Source: Octopus vulgaris (taxonomy: Eukaryota). Taken from it: a DNA stretch of 64,000 nucleotides. The notes beneath the pieces were generated by a model, which was not told the DNA's origin, searched no databases, and saw only the letters and a program-made list of their open reading frames with translations. Below, piece after piece: positions 29,076 through 43,789 of the stretch; position 1 is the stretch's first letter; each line of letters begins with the position of its first letter. The position numbers and the translations under genes are program-made. The DNA lies in contig OX597836.1 in NCBI GenBank assembly GCA_951406725.2, forward strand, positions 25,916,001-25,980,000. Direction: 5' to 3'.

Positions 29076-29367
29076 TATTGGGTAATGCATAAAACACCCG
29101 TTACTATTTTGGCGTTCCCTTTTCACGGTCTCTGTTTCTGGTTCTAAATAGTTCTCTTGACTGCTGCAGCCACTGTTCACGTTCAATATCTTTATAAACC
29201 GTGGCCTATGCAATATTGAGTCGACCTTCAGAGTATTTTTCCGTTAGCCTAAGGTTTTGAGAAAATTCCGGAATCTAACACTTCAATATTTCTTACAGCG
29301 CTCTCGTTCTTGAGTATCTTTATAAAACTTTCATATATGTGCGTATGTGTGTGTGTGTGCGTGTGTG

Positions 29368-29419
<52 letters not shown>

Positions 29420-29427
<8 letters not shown>

Positions 29428-29950
29428 ACAAGTTTTCGCACGTTTTCCATTAACTTAAATTTCGCTCACAATGCGTTGATCTGTGTTAAGTGTTGTTGTC
29501 GATGATGATGATGATCATGCTCATCATCATCATAGGAGGAGGAGGAAGAGGAGGAGGGCTGGTAGAATCATGTTCGCACCAGGCAAAATGCTTAGCGGAA
29601 TTTCGTCCGTCTTTCCGTTCTGAGTTCAAATTCTGCCCTGGTTGACCTTGCCTTTCAACCTGTCGGGATCGATAAATTAAGTAGCGATGAAATACTATGG
29701 TCGATGTAATCAACTTTGCACTCTCACCCAAAATTTCTGGCCTTCTGCCTTTATTAGAAAAGATTATTATTATCATCATCATCATCCTACTCCTCCTCCT
29801 TCTCCTCCTCCTCCTCCTCCCCATCATCATCATCATCATCATCATTCTCTATAAGGCGATATTGTCGTCGACAGTAACACCTGACACAGATCAACGTATT
29901 GTGAGAGAAAATTAAGTTTATGGAAAATGTGCGAAAACTTGTCACACACA
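29420..29950. repeat. ~85-bp inverted repeat pair enclosing a SINE B copy (29555-29770, +)
   Basis: gtgacaagttttcgcacgttttccattaacttaa...gttgatctgtgt versus its reverse complement at 29866-29950. Confidence 0.85.
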
Positions 29951-30428
29951 CACGCACATACACATATACATATATATATATATATATATATAAATGTGAG
30001 AATGCATGTCAGTGTGTGTACATGTCGACATAAATGGGTCTGTCCATGTAGTTTGCAATATTTCGCCATTGTGTTAGATCTCTTTATGTAGAACAAACGT
30101 TCCTGAAGTGAAATCAATAAACGAAGAAGAGAGATCGATAAATCATAAGTACCATATTACTACATAGTTAGGTGGATATAATGAACTAAAACCTTTTGAA
30201 GGCGGTTCGGTATCATATCCGGAATGCACTGACTGGAACCACTAAATGGTAAAAAGGACTAAAAGACTATAATAATTTAGTGCAGCCCGGTAATGCCATA
30301 GGATTGGACAGCTGAGCTTTCATTTCTGCATAATTCACAATCAAAATGGATACACATTAAATTCATATTAATAAAAAAAAAATTAGGAAAGTTGATGTAG
30401 AGATTCTATCGCAAATTTATGTGCGTGT

Positions 30429-30464
<36 letters not shown>

Positions 30465-30714
30465 ACACATACACACACACACACATATACAGAGAATGTA
30501 TCTACATATGTTATGCGTGTGTGTTTGTGTGTATGCATATGTGCAATAGTGAAAGATCACGGTTGTGCTCCCATGACCGAAGCCACATGGCTGAAACTAA
30601 AAAGAGAATATATATATATATATCGAATTGCTTGTGGGTGTATATCTAGTATATCTATATCTATCTATCTTTCTCTCTCCTTCTCTTCCTCTTTCTCTTT
30701 CTCTTTCTCTCTCT

Positions 30715-30821
<107 letters not shown>

Positions 30822-31079
30822 CACTCGCACATGTATATACATGTGTGTGTATGTATGTGCGCGTGTGCGTATATCAGACGTTTTTTTATTGTTTTAAATA
30901 ATGTCTTTTTTTAACAATGTTTTTCGAATTTGCATCATTTTCTGTAATACAACGTTTCGCCATTGCCAATAAGAGAAATTTTTCTCCTAATGATGATCAT
31001 TGTGCCAGAAAGTTTCCATTAGTGGTTAATTGAATAATCCGTCACAACTCTGGGGGTTAGCGAAGAGAATAAAGACATG

Positions 31080-31960
31080 TCATGCTTTATGAGTTTAAAA
31101 ATGGAAACCAAAACAAATATTAGTGTAAAAATACTGAGAAAATAATTGAGTAAAAGTGCTACCGATGGTTCCAAAAATTTAGAGTAGCTGCCTAGAACTG
31201 AAATGTTTCCTCTTTTCTGTGGACAGCCTGTTTCGTTTGGTGATATATAACTGACTGTAGCCTTTGGCTGAAATAGAAATGTAACCGATGAAGAATTAGT
31301 AAAAGAGCTAAATTCATCATCGTCTACGGTCAGTTGCCATTTGTTGAAATTTACAATGGGGCCTAAATTCAGTAAATGGATCCCTCACGAATTTAGAGAC
31401 CGCGATCGAGAACAATGAGGCAACATTTACATTGCTCTTCATTCAAAAATTCAGTCTCCAGTTTGGGTTCATCTTTTTACTGGAAATGAAAATTTATCGC
31501 TTCGCAAAAATGCTAAGCATCGAAAGGAATGGATTCCATGAGGATGACAGACAAAATCTTCAACCAAAGTGAGCTCTAATGAAATTCTTTTGGATATTTG
31601 GTGGGTTATGAGAAGAGATATTCACTTGGACATCCTACCACCGAACCAAACAGCACTATCTCAAGTATACTGTAAACAACTCAACCGTTTGAACGAAGAA
31701 CTGAAAGAGAAGAGGTATTCGTTCGTGAGTTCAACAGCTGCTGTTCTCCTTGATGGTAATTCACGCTCACGTCCTGCTGGGATCACTTGTGCCAAGATTT
31801 AACTGTTTGGCCAGAAAAGGCTAAAACATCCCCTATATTCTTTTCATCTTGCACTTTTAGATTGATCAGTTATTTCGAAACTTGGATCATTTCGTTGGTG
31901 ATGGACCCTATAATTCACCGAAGGAACCAAAACTGAACATAAGCGATATTTTGATTTTAA
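31080..31960 (+). mobile_element. Heavily decayed mariner transposase
   Basis: Relics of WVPHEL (KWIPHEF), TGDEK (TGNEN), IWW, HDNARPH and HPPYSPDLAP (HPLYSFHLAL) in order. Confidence 0.8.
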
Positions 31961-31999
31961 ACACCTCGATATCTACCTTCGTATCCATTTCAAGATGGA

Positions 32000-32275
32000 A
32001 TCATTCCCTACGGGACTACGGCTCACAAGAGCAAGCGTTACCTCAGCAGAAAAGGGCTCCACCATCATTCCCTAATGTGCAGTTAACTCGCCACTGCACA
32101 CACATGACAGATCTCCTCCAATTCTATCACCTTCCACCCCTCCAGGGATTCTACACGCGTCAAGTACCAAAGTACTTTCGGTCACTTCAAAGTATCAAGG
32201 CCTCCGGCCCTGGCGGTGACCCTTCCATTACAATCAAACAGTGCGCCCTAGAGCTGCAAAGCCACATTATTTAAA
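32000..32275 (+). mobile_element. LINE (CR1/L2/Jockey-type) pre-RT fragment
   Basis: VPKYFRSLQSIKASGPGGDPSITIKQCALEL matches KASGPDGIP...LK.CA.EL. Confidence 0.7.
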
Positions 32276-32419
32276 GGTAATAGGTGTTAGCCAATCCAAT
32301 ATTGGAGCAGAGAGCTCTTGTCTAGGGTGTCGCTTCTTGAGATTGAACCTGGAATATGGCGGTTGCGAAGCAAACATCTTTACCACATAGACTTATCTGA
32401 TCATATGTACCCGGGCACA

Positions 32420-34020
<1,601 letters not shown>

Positions 34021-34469
34021 AAATGTATGTATATTAGGCCGCTCTATTTTCTTTCTCTTGTCCTCCATGTTTTCCTTTCCTCTTTGTCTTCTCTTTCATG
34101 GTGTCTTTCATCCCAATATCAAACAGCATAAATTAAAATAAAAGGTATTTACTGTTGCTGCCATTAATATAGTTGCTTTTGCTGTTGTTTTCCCTTTGGT
34201 AGGACCCCCTTCTCTGCTCTATTTAGACACGGCCAATTGTTTAGCCCAAGGTTAACTATGACTGAACAGACACACGATCAGTGACAGACCTCTTGTGATC
34301 ACACCATATAAAATGAATACGTCCTTTTCCGTGACATTAGTGACTTGAAGGAGAATCGGCTGCTGTTTCTTACAGATCTAGATATTACTTAGAAGATTTG
34401 GCAGCCATTTAGATTGTGTTTCAGCACCACCACGAAGGTTCTATCTTGTGTAAGACTGTGGTTTTTGTA

Positions 34470-35541
34470 TTAGGTTGTTCTGAAAATAATGGCCGCTCTA
34501 AGTGTTGTGTTGTAAAACGCAATTTTATCATAGTATTTTAGTTATATTTAAGGTGAATTTCAACATACTTAATAATTGTTGTATGCTCTTTGATAATTTT
34601 TTACTTATTTCAGGCAGAAAACATTCTTCAAGCATAGGAACCCTTTATTATTAACATGACAAAAAAAGGACCTTCGCTTACTTTTCTTGCATGAGCTCAA
34701 GCTTGGGCACAATGCCCCTCAAATTGCTGCCAATATCAACAGAGCATTACAATGGTTTCTCGCAATCTGACGAAGATTGGTAAGGTGAAAAAGCTCGACA
34801 AATGGGCACCGCATGAGCTCAATGAAAGTCAAAAAGTTCAGCGTTTTGAAGTGTGCTCGATGCTCTTTCTGCGAAACACCAATAGTCACTTGTGACTAAA
34901 AGTGGATCCTTTATGATAACCGTAAACGATCAGGTCAATGGCTTGATCGTGATGAGTCCCCCAAATATTTCCCAAACCCATAGTTGCATCAGCCAAAGAT
35001 CATGGTGACTGTCTGGTGGTCTGTAATTGATGTTGTCCATTATAGCATTCTGGAGGCCAATCAGAGCATTTACAGCCGAGGTTTACTGTAATCAACTCGC
35101 TGAAATACAGGCTCTTTTGCAAAAAATGAGACCTGCATTGGTGAATCTACGTGGCCCAATTCTGCTCCACTATAATACAAAGCCACGTGTTGCAAGAATG
35201 ATGCTGCAGAAACTCACAGACTTGGGAAACGAGACTTTACCACATCCTCCATATTCCCCTGATCTTTCACCCACAGACTACCATTTTTAAAGCATTTAAA
35301 CACATTTTTAGATGATAAAACTTTCAGGTCCAAACCAAAGCGGGAATCAGCTTTCAAAGATTTCTTAGCATCAAAGCCAATAAGTTTCAATTAACGAGGC
35401 ATAAATAACCGCGTTGATCGATGGCAGAGATGCATAGATGTTCATCGCTCATACTTTGACTAAAGAAAGCATTTCTATTGTTAAATTTTCCAGAATAAAA
35501 TTATGTTTCTGAAATCGGTTATTATTTTCAGAACAACCTAA
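34470..35541 (+). mobile_element. Mariner element (cecropia/Hsmar1-like) with both TIRs, TA TSD and a pseudogenised transposase (34656-35463)
   Basis: TIR ttaggttgttctgaaaataat(gg/aa)ccg at both ends, flanked by TA; KKLDKWAPHEL, TCD*KWILYDN, HPPYSPDLSPTDYHF; stops, frameshifts and an internal deletion. Confidence 0.95.
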
Positions 35542-35929
35542 TATTTGTTGTTGTTTAGCCCTGGTCCCATAGACCTAATATCAAATCTAATTTAATCGTA
35601 ACCACTTCCGGTTTACATTTAGACATACTGTATCTTAAACTGTATTATCCGATGCTTTCCCCATTTCGAATTAATTGGAGAATGGCGGCGATTTAACAGC
35701 ATTTTATAGCTGGTAGTGATTCTTGATAGAAACACTCTTGTTTGTTTGAGAATTTGATATTAAGCAGGGAGACATCTAGACAGCACGAGGAATTGATTTG
35801 GAGGAAATAATGAAATTACTGATAAAATATAATGAATTGGTGGGATATTGACAAATAGAATATGTTATAATGTTAGAATATGATGAATTAATAACTGGAA
35901 TATCGTGAATTGATAAAATATGATGAGTT

Positions 35930-36540
35930 GATATTAAGCGTTATGGCTGCCACCATTAAGGATAAAACGCAAATCAGAAGATATTGTAAAGAAACTAGAG
36001 CGAGAATAGTTGTGCTGAATGCAGTAGGTAAAATTAAGGTGTCTCTCCTCACCGTCACTCGAGTGCAAATCTTTGGAATGGGCAGCAGTGTTAGGCAAGA
36101 TGGAGTAGTCCTTTTTGACAGAGAAATGGATAGTTAGAGTAACTGATGTAGTCACAGTGACAAAGTAATGAAGAGACGACTAACTATGAGTCATACGACG
36201 CTAAGTGTTATCTCTATATTTTTATCAGCAAATTCGGGAATTATTGACGAGCAAAACGAACGCTTATATGAGATTTTCTGACAGATCATCTCGATGAATA
36301 ATAACAGAAACCTCGCCATCTTGGCCTGTGTCTTTAATAGATATATCGAGTAACCCACAATGCTAGAGCGTCTATTGAAGCTATAGCTAGGATAGATAGA
36401 ATAAAGTAGGACCCAGGCTCATAGAATTCTCGTGCAAATGGCCTAACAGTTTGCGATACTAAGTACAAGATACCGACTGCTCATCTGATGATGTACGAAT
36501 TTGGTGAAGACACAAAACAGATTGACTTCATAGACACCAA
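35930..36540 (+). mobile_element. RTE-clade LINE APE endonuclease relic
   Basis: Degenerate GQDGV, LSVISIF, ANGLTVCDTKYKIPTAHLMMYEFGEDTKQIDFI matching N.L.I.NT.F.K...HL.TY.SG...TQIDFI. Confidence 0.75.
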
Positions 36541-36789
36541 AATATAGAGACGGTTGTGAATATTATATCTCTTTCTGTTGCGCAATGTATCGTTCGACAC
36601 AGACAAGTAATCCCGGGCTTGTGACGGTGGATTAGGAACAGAATAAAGAAGAATAAGGAGAAATAAAATATGGGCAGTAATGAATAGTATTTAGTGGATT
36701 GACAGATTATGATGGAGAGTGTACAGAATAATAGATAAGATATGAGGGATTGATGAAGGGAATATGGTAGATTAATGGGCAGACTGTAG

Positions 36790-37080
<291 letters not shown>

Positions 37081-37429
37081 AGTACCAATAGAAGTGTTAG
37101 ATACTGGATTATCTCGGTGATAGCTTTAGACGCTAATTTCTAGGAATAAGACATAAGTTCTTACAAAATTGGACAAAGAAATGCCTTAATGTACACGATA
37201 ACTCAGTAATAGAGAAGGAAAGGTCAATCTCAGAACAGCAGAGGTTAGACGATGAGGTTAGGGCAGGGCAAGAAAAACAAAAGGGTTGTATCATAATATG
37301 ACCTGTCACAAGATTTGGCGTGAAGCATTTAAAATGTTGCCAGATAACAGATTAACTTACAGCCATACATAATAAAAGTATAGATTTATTGTACACAATT
37401 TAATTGTAATTTTTTTTAACGGCAATTTT

Positions 37430-37790
37430 CAGAGGGTGATGATAGCAGGAGGAATTTATAGAGAAAAATTGTTAAAGGGGACGTTCAATGATAGGCTGAC
37501 AGGAAGCGAGTATATTGTAGTGCTGAAAGAATTGAAGTGTACACTGCGGAGTTGCGAGAAGGGAGAATGCATTGTAGGGTTACGAGGATGGTGTGTAGAT
37601 AGTAGGGCAGATCGAGGGAGCTGAATATCCTCGTTCCGTCCCTAAGCAGGGGACAAAACTTGGTATCAACACAGATGAAGTTCCTCCTCTCTAGAAAATT
37701 AGGGTCCTTATACACGAGAGAAAATAAATATTACAGACAGAATTAGTAGAGCACAGGAGACAATGTGCTGGTATATTTAATTAGGAATCT
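37430..37790 (-). mobile_element. Possible Penelope-like GIY-YIG C-terminal relic
   Basis: Reverse strand SVCNI...YKDPNFLERRNFI weakly resembles LSVCG....G....R...E..FI of these elements. Confidence 0.3.
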
Positions 37791-37799
37791 TTATCTTTA

Positions 37800-38107
<308 letters not shown>

Positions 38108-38109
38108 AA

Positions 38110-38400
38110 AGAACACCCATGTTTCTAAATGTGAATTATCCAAACCTCCAAAGAATTCCTCTCAACACATGGCTATAATGCTCCCCCACTACTTCTGCTC
38201 GTGATCAGAGATGAACATATCGTCAGCCACTAAGGGATATGGTCAACTGGTTATGGTCAAACAACTGACAAGCAAATCTGTGGTATTGAGCAGAATACTT
38301 GCTGTTAACCCATCTTTTATACCAAGACAAAACAATGTACATAACACTTCCAATCAGTTAAGATCAGAAGTCATGAGAGCCACTGCCTGGTACTGCATTA
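38110..38400. mobile_element. Interspersed repeat inside (ATT)n, possibly an R4/Dong LINE 3' UTR
   Basis: Complex block bounded by ATT repeats, the same context as the Dong-like fragments at 60-63 kb. Confidence 0.35.
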
Positions 38401-38447
38401 TTATTATTGTTGTTTTTGCTGCTGCTGCTGCTGCTGTTGTTGTTGTT

Positions 38448-38635
38448 AAGGTGGCGAGCTGGCAGAATCGTTAGCACGCCGGGCGAAATGCTTTATCTTC
38501 CTGAGTTCAAATTCCACCGAGGTTAACTTTACCTTTCATCCTTTCGGGGTCGATAAACTAAGTACTAGTTGTGCAATGGGGTCGATGTAATCGACTGGCC
38601 CCCTCCCCACCAAACTTTCAGACCTTGTGCCTATA
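38448..38635 (+). mobile_element. SINE family B monomer
   Basis: aaggtggcgagctggcagaatcgttagcacgccgggcg...cctttcatcctttcggggtcgataaa...ccttgtgcct. Confidence 0.9.
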
Positions 38636-40418
38636 TAAGTTGTCAGGACGGTTTAAGTTGGGGTTTTGGCATCAATGTTCAGCGGGTTGGGGGCCAACAT
38701 CATTGCTGCTTATAGCTAAATGAAACAGATGTTATTTAATTAAGTGTTTGGGTGTCGGAGTTCAAACCCTAGAGTTTCACCCTTAGGTGGTCGATGAAAA
38801 CTCACCATCCATATATAATGAGAATTGATTCACTGCCAGACTTCGAAATAATTAATATTCCGTTAGGTTTGTTCTCATAGAGTTGTAGATAATCTGTGAC
38901 GAAATTTAAGTCAGCCACCGAACTTGCTCAGTGTGAAGTCGTTATAGGTAACGGTGATAGGGAAGAAGAGGAGAGGAGTGGTGAGAGAGAGAAAGAGAGA
39001 GAGAGAAGGGAATAGGGGATGAATAGGCAGATTGAGACCAGTGAAAAGAGGGTGGGGAGTTATTTGGGACATCGTGGGGCTGGAAAAGAGAGAAAGACAG
39101 AGACATGGAAAGTGGAGACAGTAAGGGACAAATATATATATATATATATATATAATATAAATAATATATAAATATGTGCATATATACATACATATATGTA
39201 CATAACTACATATATATGTATATATATATATATATATATACATGTATATATGTATGTATTTATATATATATATGCATGTATTTATATATATATATATATG
39301 TATGTATGTATAGATAGATAGATAGATGATAGATAGATAGATAGTGTTTATGTATGTATATGTGTAAATATATGGAATAGAATATGGTGACGAAAAGATG
39401 AGGTGGAAAGAAAGAGAGAAGGAAATTAAGAAAAGAGAATTAATTCCGTGAAGGGACACGGACACACACACACACACACACACATACATACATACACATA
39501 CATACACACACACATACACACATATAAAGACTCGCGTGCACATATCGAGAACGAGAGAAACGGAGAAAGAAGGAGAGACAGAGCGGTAGAGAGTGAAAGA
39601 AAGAAGAGGAGAGAGAGACAGAAGAGGGAGAGGGAGAGTGAGAGGGAAAAAGAGGGATAGAGAAAGAATAGGAGAGAGAAATGAAATTAATGAAGTGTCT
39701 AAATATTTCAAAATATTAATAAAGTGGAATTTTGCCAAATTATTTGTCTTTGCGGTAGTTCTTGTTTCATTAACGAGTTAGCTCTGTTTGATGAAATGGA
39801 GAGGTCAGAGGTGATGACGGTGTACACGCGTGCGCACGCAGACAGACAAACACATACAGTCAAACACACACACACATCACTACCAATTCCAAATATTTGC
39901 TCTTCACTTTGATGACTGATCGAGCAAACCAGATCTTGGGTTGAACAACAGTAACCTTCAGCCCCGCTTTGTCCTTTCTCTGTCTTACTCATTTGTATTC
40001 TGTCTCATCTCTCCCAATCATTATACCTTTCCAATATGTGGTCACTCAACCTGCCGGGAATAGTAGCAAACTCGCCCTCAAATTATACCCTACACTCTGA
40101 AATAAATTTCAAAAGAAACACATTCGTCAATGTGGGCTTAGAGATCATCTTACCCATAAACGAGGCTTACCTGTCAGCATTGTTTAGCCCCTGTCACGGT
40201 TGACTGGGGCTAAACAATCATGCTCACACACCGTCTCCCTATTGTCAAATATAACAATTATCCCCAAGGGTATAAAGAAACCGCACGGCTATCTTTGGCC
40301 CTCACCTTAGCTACCGGCCCATCATTACAAACGCCTATACCTACTTTCATAGCTCACATCAATATCGTGTTAATGCGCCAGCTAGATGATCCCACTAAGT
40401 GAAAGAAGAGCCACTACC

Positions 40419-40800
40419 AAATCAACAAGGGGTCTCACCTGAGTCAAATAGGAGATAGAACTGGGTCAAACAGGGGCCACGGTTGAGTCAAAAAGGGATC
40501 ACAACTGAGTCGAATAGCAGCCACAATTTAATCAAATAGGGATCACAACTGAGTTAAATAGGGGCTACAACTATATCAAATAGGAGTCACAAATGAGACA
40601 AATAGGGGTCATAGTGAGTCACACATGAGTCACAACTGAATAAATAGGGGCCACAATTGAGTCAAACAAGGGTCACACCTGGCTCAAACAAAGGCCACAA
40701 CTTAATCAAATAGGGGTCATAACAGTGTCAAATAGAGGCTACAACTGTGTCAAATAGGGGCCACAGCTGAGTCAAATAGAAGCTACTATTGAGTGGAACA
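40419..40800. repeat. 22-bp minisatellite, about 17 diverged units, consensus GAGTCAAATAGGGGCCACAACT
   Basis: Direct reading. Confidence 0.9.
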
Positions 40801-41429
40801 CCACAAACAAATCAAATATAGTCACATGAGATCTTTATCAAGTAAAATTGGGGCAACTACGATGTGGATAGAAAGCCATTGTTATATCAAAGTGAGATGG
40901 TACAGCTATTGCGTCAAACAGGGTCCCTGTCGAAGCAAAGAGACAGCCACTACTTACTAATAAACTCATATAAGGACCATTTTCTGCCAACATGGGACCA
41001 TTTTACCGAGTCAATAAAGAACTTCTACACGGTCAATCAACCTGCTAGTAATAGAAACCAGCTCCCTCTACAATTACTCTCTACAGTTTTATTAATGCAG
41101 GTTATGTTGGATAATGTAGTTTTAGATAAAGCAAAATCAGTGCAATCTAAGGATGATCTAAGTCAGTAATTAATTAGCACGTTTCGGTAATTAGAGAGTA
41201 TATACATACTTCGTTGTAAAGGAAAATCTTATTATTTTGGGGCTGGACTCCTTATCAGAGTGTCATATCGATAACATTGGAATCTTATCTATTTTTTTTT
41301 CATAATAAATCATTTCATCGTTTCAATTGTTTGAAAACTGAGGTTGACTAACAAGAGAAAAGAGGAAAAGGGAACGGCTGGAAGGCTTTTCAAGAGTGGA
41401 ATACTTGTGGGAAAGGCTAGAGGAGTATC

Positions 41430-41558
41430 GAAAGAAAGAGAGAGAGAGAGGATTAGGTTGAGAGAGAATGAGAGAGAGAAGATTAGGGAGAGAGAAAGGA
41501 AGGAGATTAGAGTGAGAGGAGGGAGATTAGAATGAGAGGAGGAAGATTAGATAGATAT

Positions 41559-41623
<65 letters not shown>

Positions 41624-41624
41624 A

Positions 41625-41657
<33 letters not shown>

Positions 41658-41701
41658 AACAGATTGATAGATTGTCACTTTATCTATCTATCAGGATAGA
41701 T

Positions 41702-41770
<69 letters not shown>

Positions 41771-41914
41771 CAGACAGGCATACAGACAGACAGATAGAGA
41801 GAGAGAGAGAGAGAGAGACTAATAGCTGAAAAAATGGTGATGGAGTAAATAACGACATGAAAGATGAGAAGAGACAGGAAAAGCGAAAGTGAGAAAGAGA
41901 GATTAGTATTTACA

Positions 41915-41969
<55 letters not shown>

Positions 41970-42367
41970 TGACTGAAAAATGTGCTTAAGTGAGAACATA
42001 AATGCGTGAAGAAAGGTGAGAGAAGGCAAATGTGATGAAAGTGACACGGAAAAAGAAAAAAAGATGATGACGATAAAAACAATGGCGTTGAAGAGGAGTA
42101 AAATAAGAGATAAAGGAGAATGGAAAGAAGGTGTGACGTTGCAAGAAGAATTCTATTCTGAGAGGTAACATAACACTAGCACAACGCTTCGCCTGCCAAC
42201 AGTACATACATACATACATACATACATACATACATACATACATACATACATACATACACACACATACATACATACATACATACGTACACACATATATATA
42301 CATACATACATATATATACATACATACATATATATATGTATGTATATAGAGACGTACACACACACTC

Positions 42368-42412
<45 letters not shown>

Positions 42413-42464
42413 CAGTATGTGTATATAGTATATATATGTATGTATATAGAGACGTACACACACA

Positions 42465-42507
<43 letters not shown>

Positions 42508-42680
42508 GTATCAGAGAGAAAGGAAGAGAGAGAGAGAGGCAGACGACCAGACAGATACACTGACTCAAAGAATGCGAATAAAGAATGAAAAAGAAAAAAA
42601 GGTGGAGGAGGAGGAATTGGTATTGGAGTTGTCGTTGTTGTTGTCGGTGGTGGTGGTGGTGGTGGTGGTGGTGGTGGTGG
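41430..42680. repeat. GA/GATA/GACA/TACA/TA/GGT microsatellite block with a short unique interruption (about 41970-42200)
   Basis: Direct reading. Confidence 0.9.
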
Positions 42681-43026
42681 AAGTAGCGGTGACGACGGCG
42701 CGGCGCAAAGATGGCCGCTAAGAAAACAGTTGCGACGGCGAAGAGAGAAAGAATGATGAGTTAAAACTGAAACGAGAGAATAACTGGGAGACGAGGGAGA
42801 TTATCTTTCGTTTCTTTTCGAATCTTCATCACGTGATAGTTATATTTTTAAAAACATTTTTATTCAAAGATGGCATTTTCTATTCATCATTATGCCATTT
42901 TTTTTTTCAAATTTAAACCTATTTTCATCAATTTTCTTCCTGTTTTCCATTAACTTTTAATTTTTGTTTTTTAATATTTCAATTGAAATGAATGCCATTT
43001 CAAAGACGGAAAAGAGCAGATAAAAA

Positions 43027-43780
43027 TTTCAACAACTTATATTATGTTTTATAGTGGATAATAGAGTCCATATGGAGACGGTGGAGGGTACATTTACTTG
43101 GTTAATCGATATACAAGAAATAGCAGTCAAATCTCTCCGAAAACTATACTTTACCATCTTATAAAGGAAGGACACACTGGGCAACATAAACATCATTATA
43201 CAAAAATTATGGGATATTCATTGATGGAGACCGTTTGATGATAGGCTGATTCAATCAGGTGGACTTGGGGTTAAGTAAATCTTTGTTTCAACAACTTATA
43301 TTATGTTTTATTGTGGATAATAGAGTCCATATGGAGACGGTGGAGGGTACATTTACTTGGTTAATCGATATACAAGAAATAGCAGTCAAATCTCTCCGAA
43401 AACTATATTTTACCATCTTGTGAAGGAAGGACACACTGGACAACGTAAACATCATTATACAAAAATTATGGGATATTCATTGATGGAGCCCGTTTGATGA
43501 TAGGGCGATTCAATCAGGTGGACTTGGGGTTAAGTAAATCTTTGTTTCAACAACTTATATTATGTTTCATTGTGGATAATAGAGTCCATATGGAGACGGT
43601 GGCGGGTACATTTACTTGGTTAATCGATATACAAGAAATAGCAGTCAAATCTCTCCGAAAACTATATTTTACCATCTTATGAAGGAAGGACACACTGGGC
43701 AACATAAACATCATTATACAAAAATTATGGGATAGTCATTGAGGAGATTCAATCAGGTGGACTTGAGGTTAAGTAATCTC
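43027..43780. repeat. Tandem triplication of a 259-bp unit built on an old dispersed repeat (family D)
   Basis: tttcaacaacttatattatgttt at 43027, 43286, 43545; core gaaatagcagtcaaatctc related to segments near 14345, 40040, 41035, 45740, 59290 and inverted near 19040-19200, 34220-34400, 35550-35720. Confidence 0.9.
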
Positions 43781-43789
43781 TTTTTTTTA

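Noticed and set aside
35027-35290. SETMAR-like domesticated gene
   Set aside because: Flanked by TIRs and TA TSD, with stops, frameshifts and no SET domain: a dead mariner.
40419-40800. CRISPR array or coding repeat
   Set aside because: Contiguous 22-bp units without spacers; period not a multiple of three.
42560-42766. Pro/Thr-rich minus-strand exon after tctcgtttcag
   Set aside because: The open frame comes from GGT/GTT repeats and no convincing donor follows.
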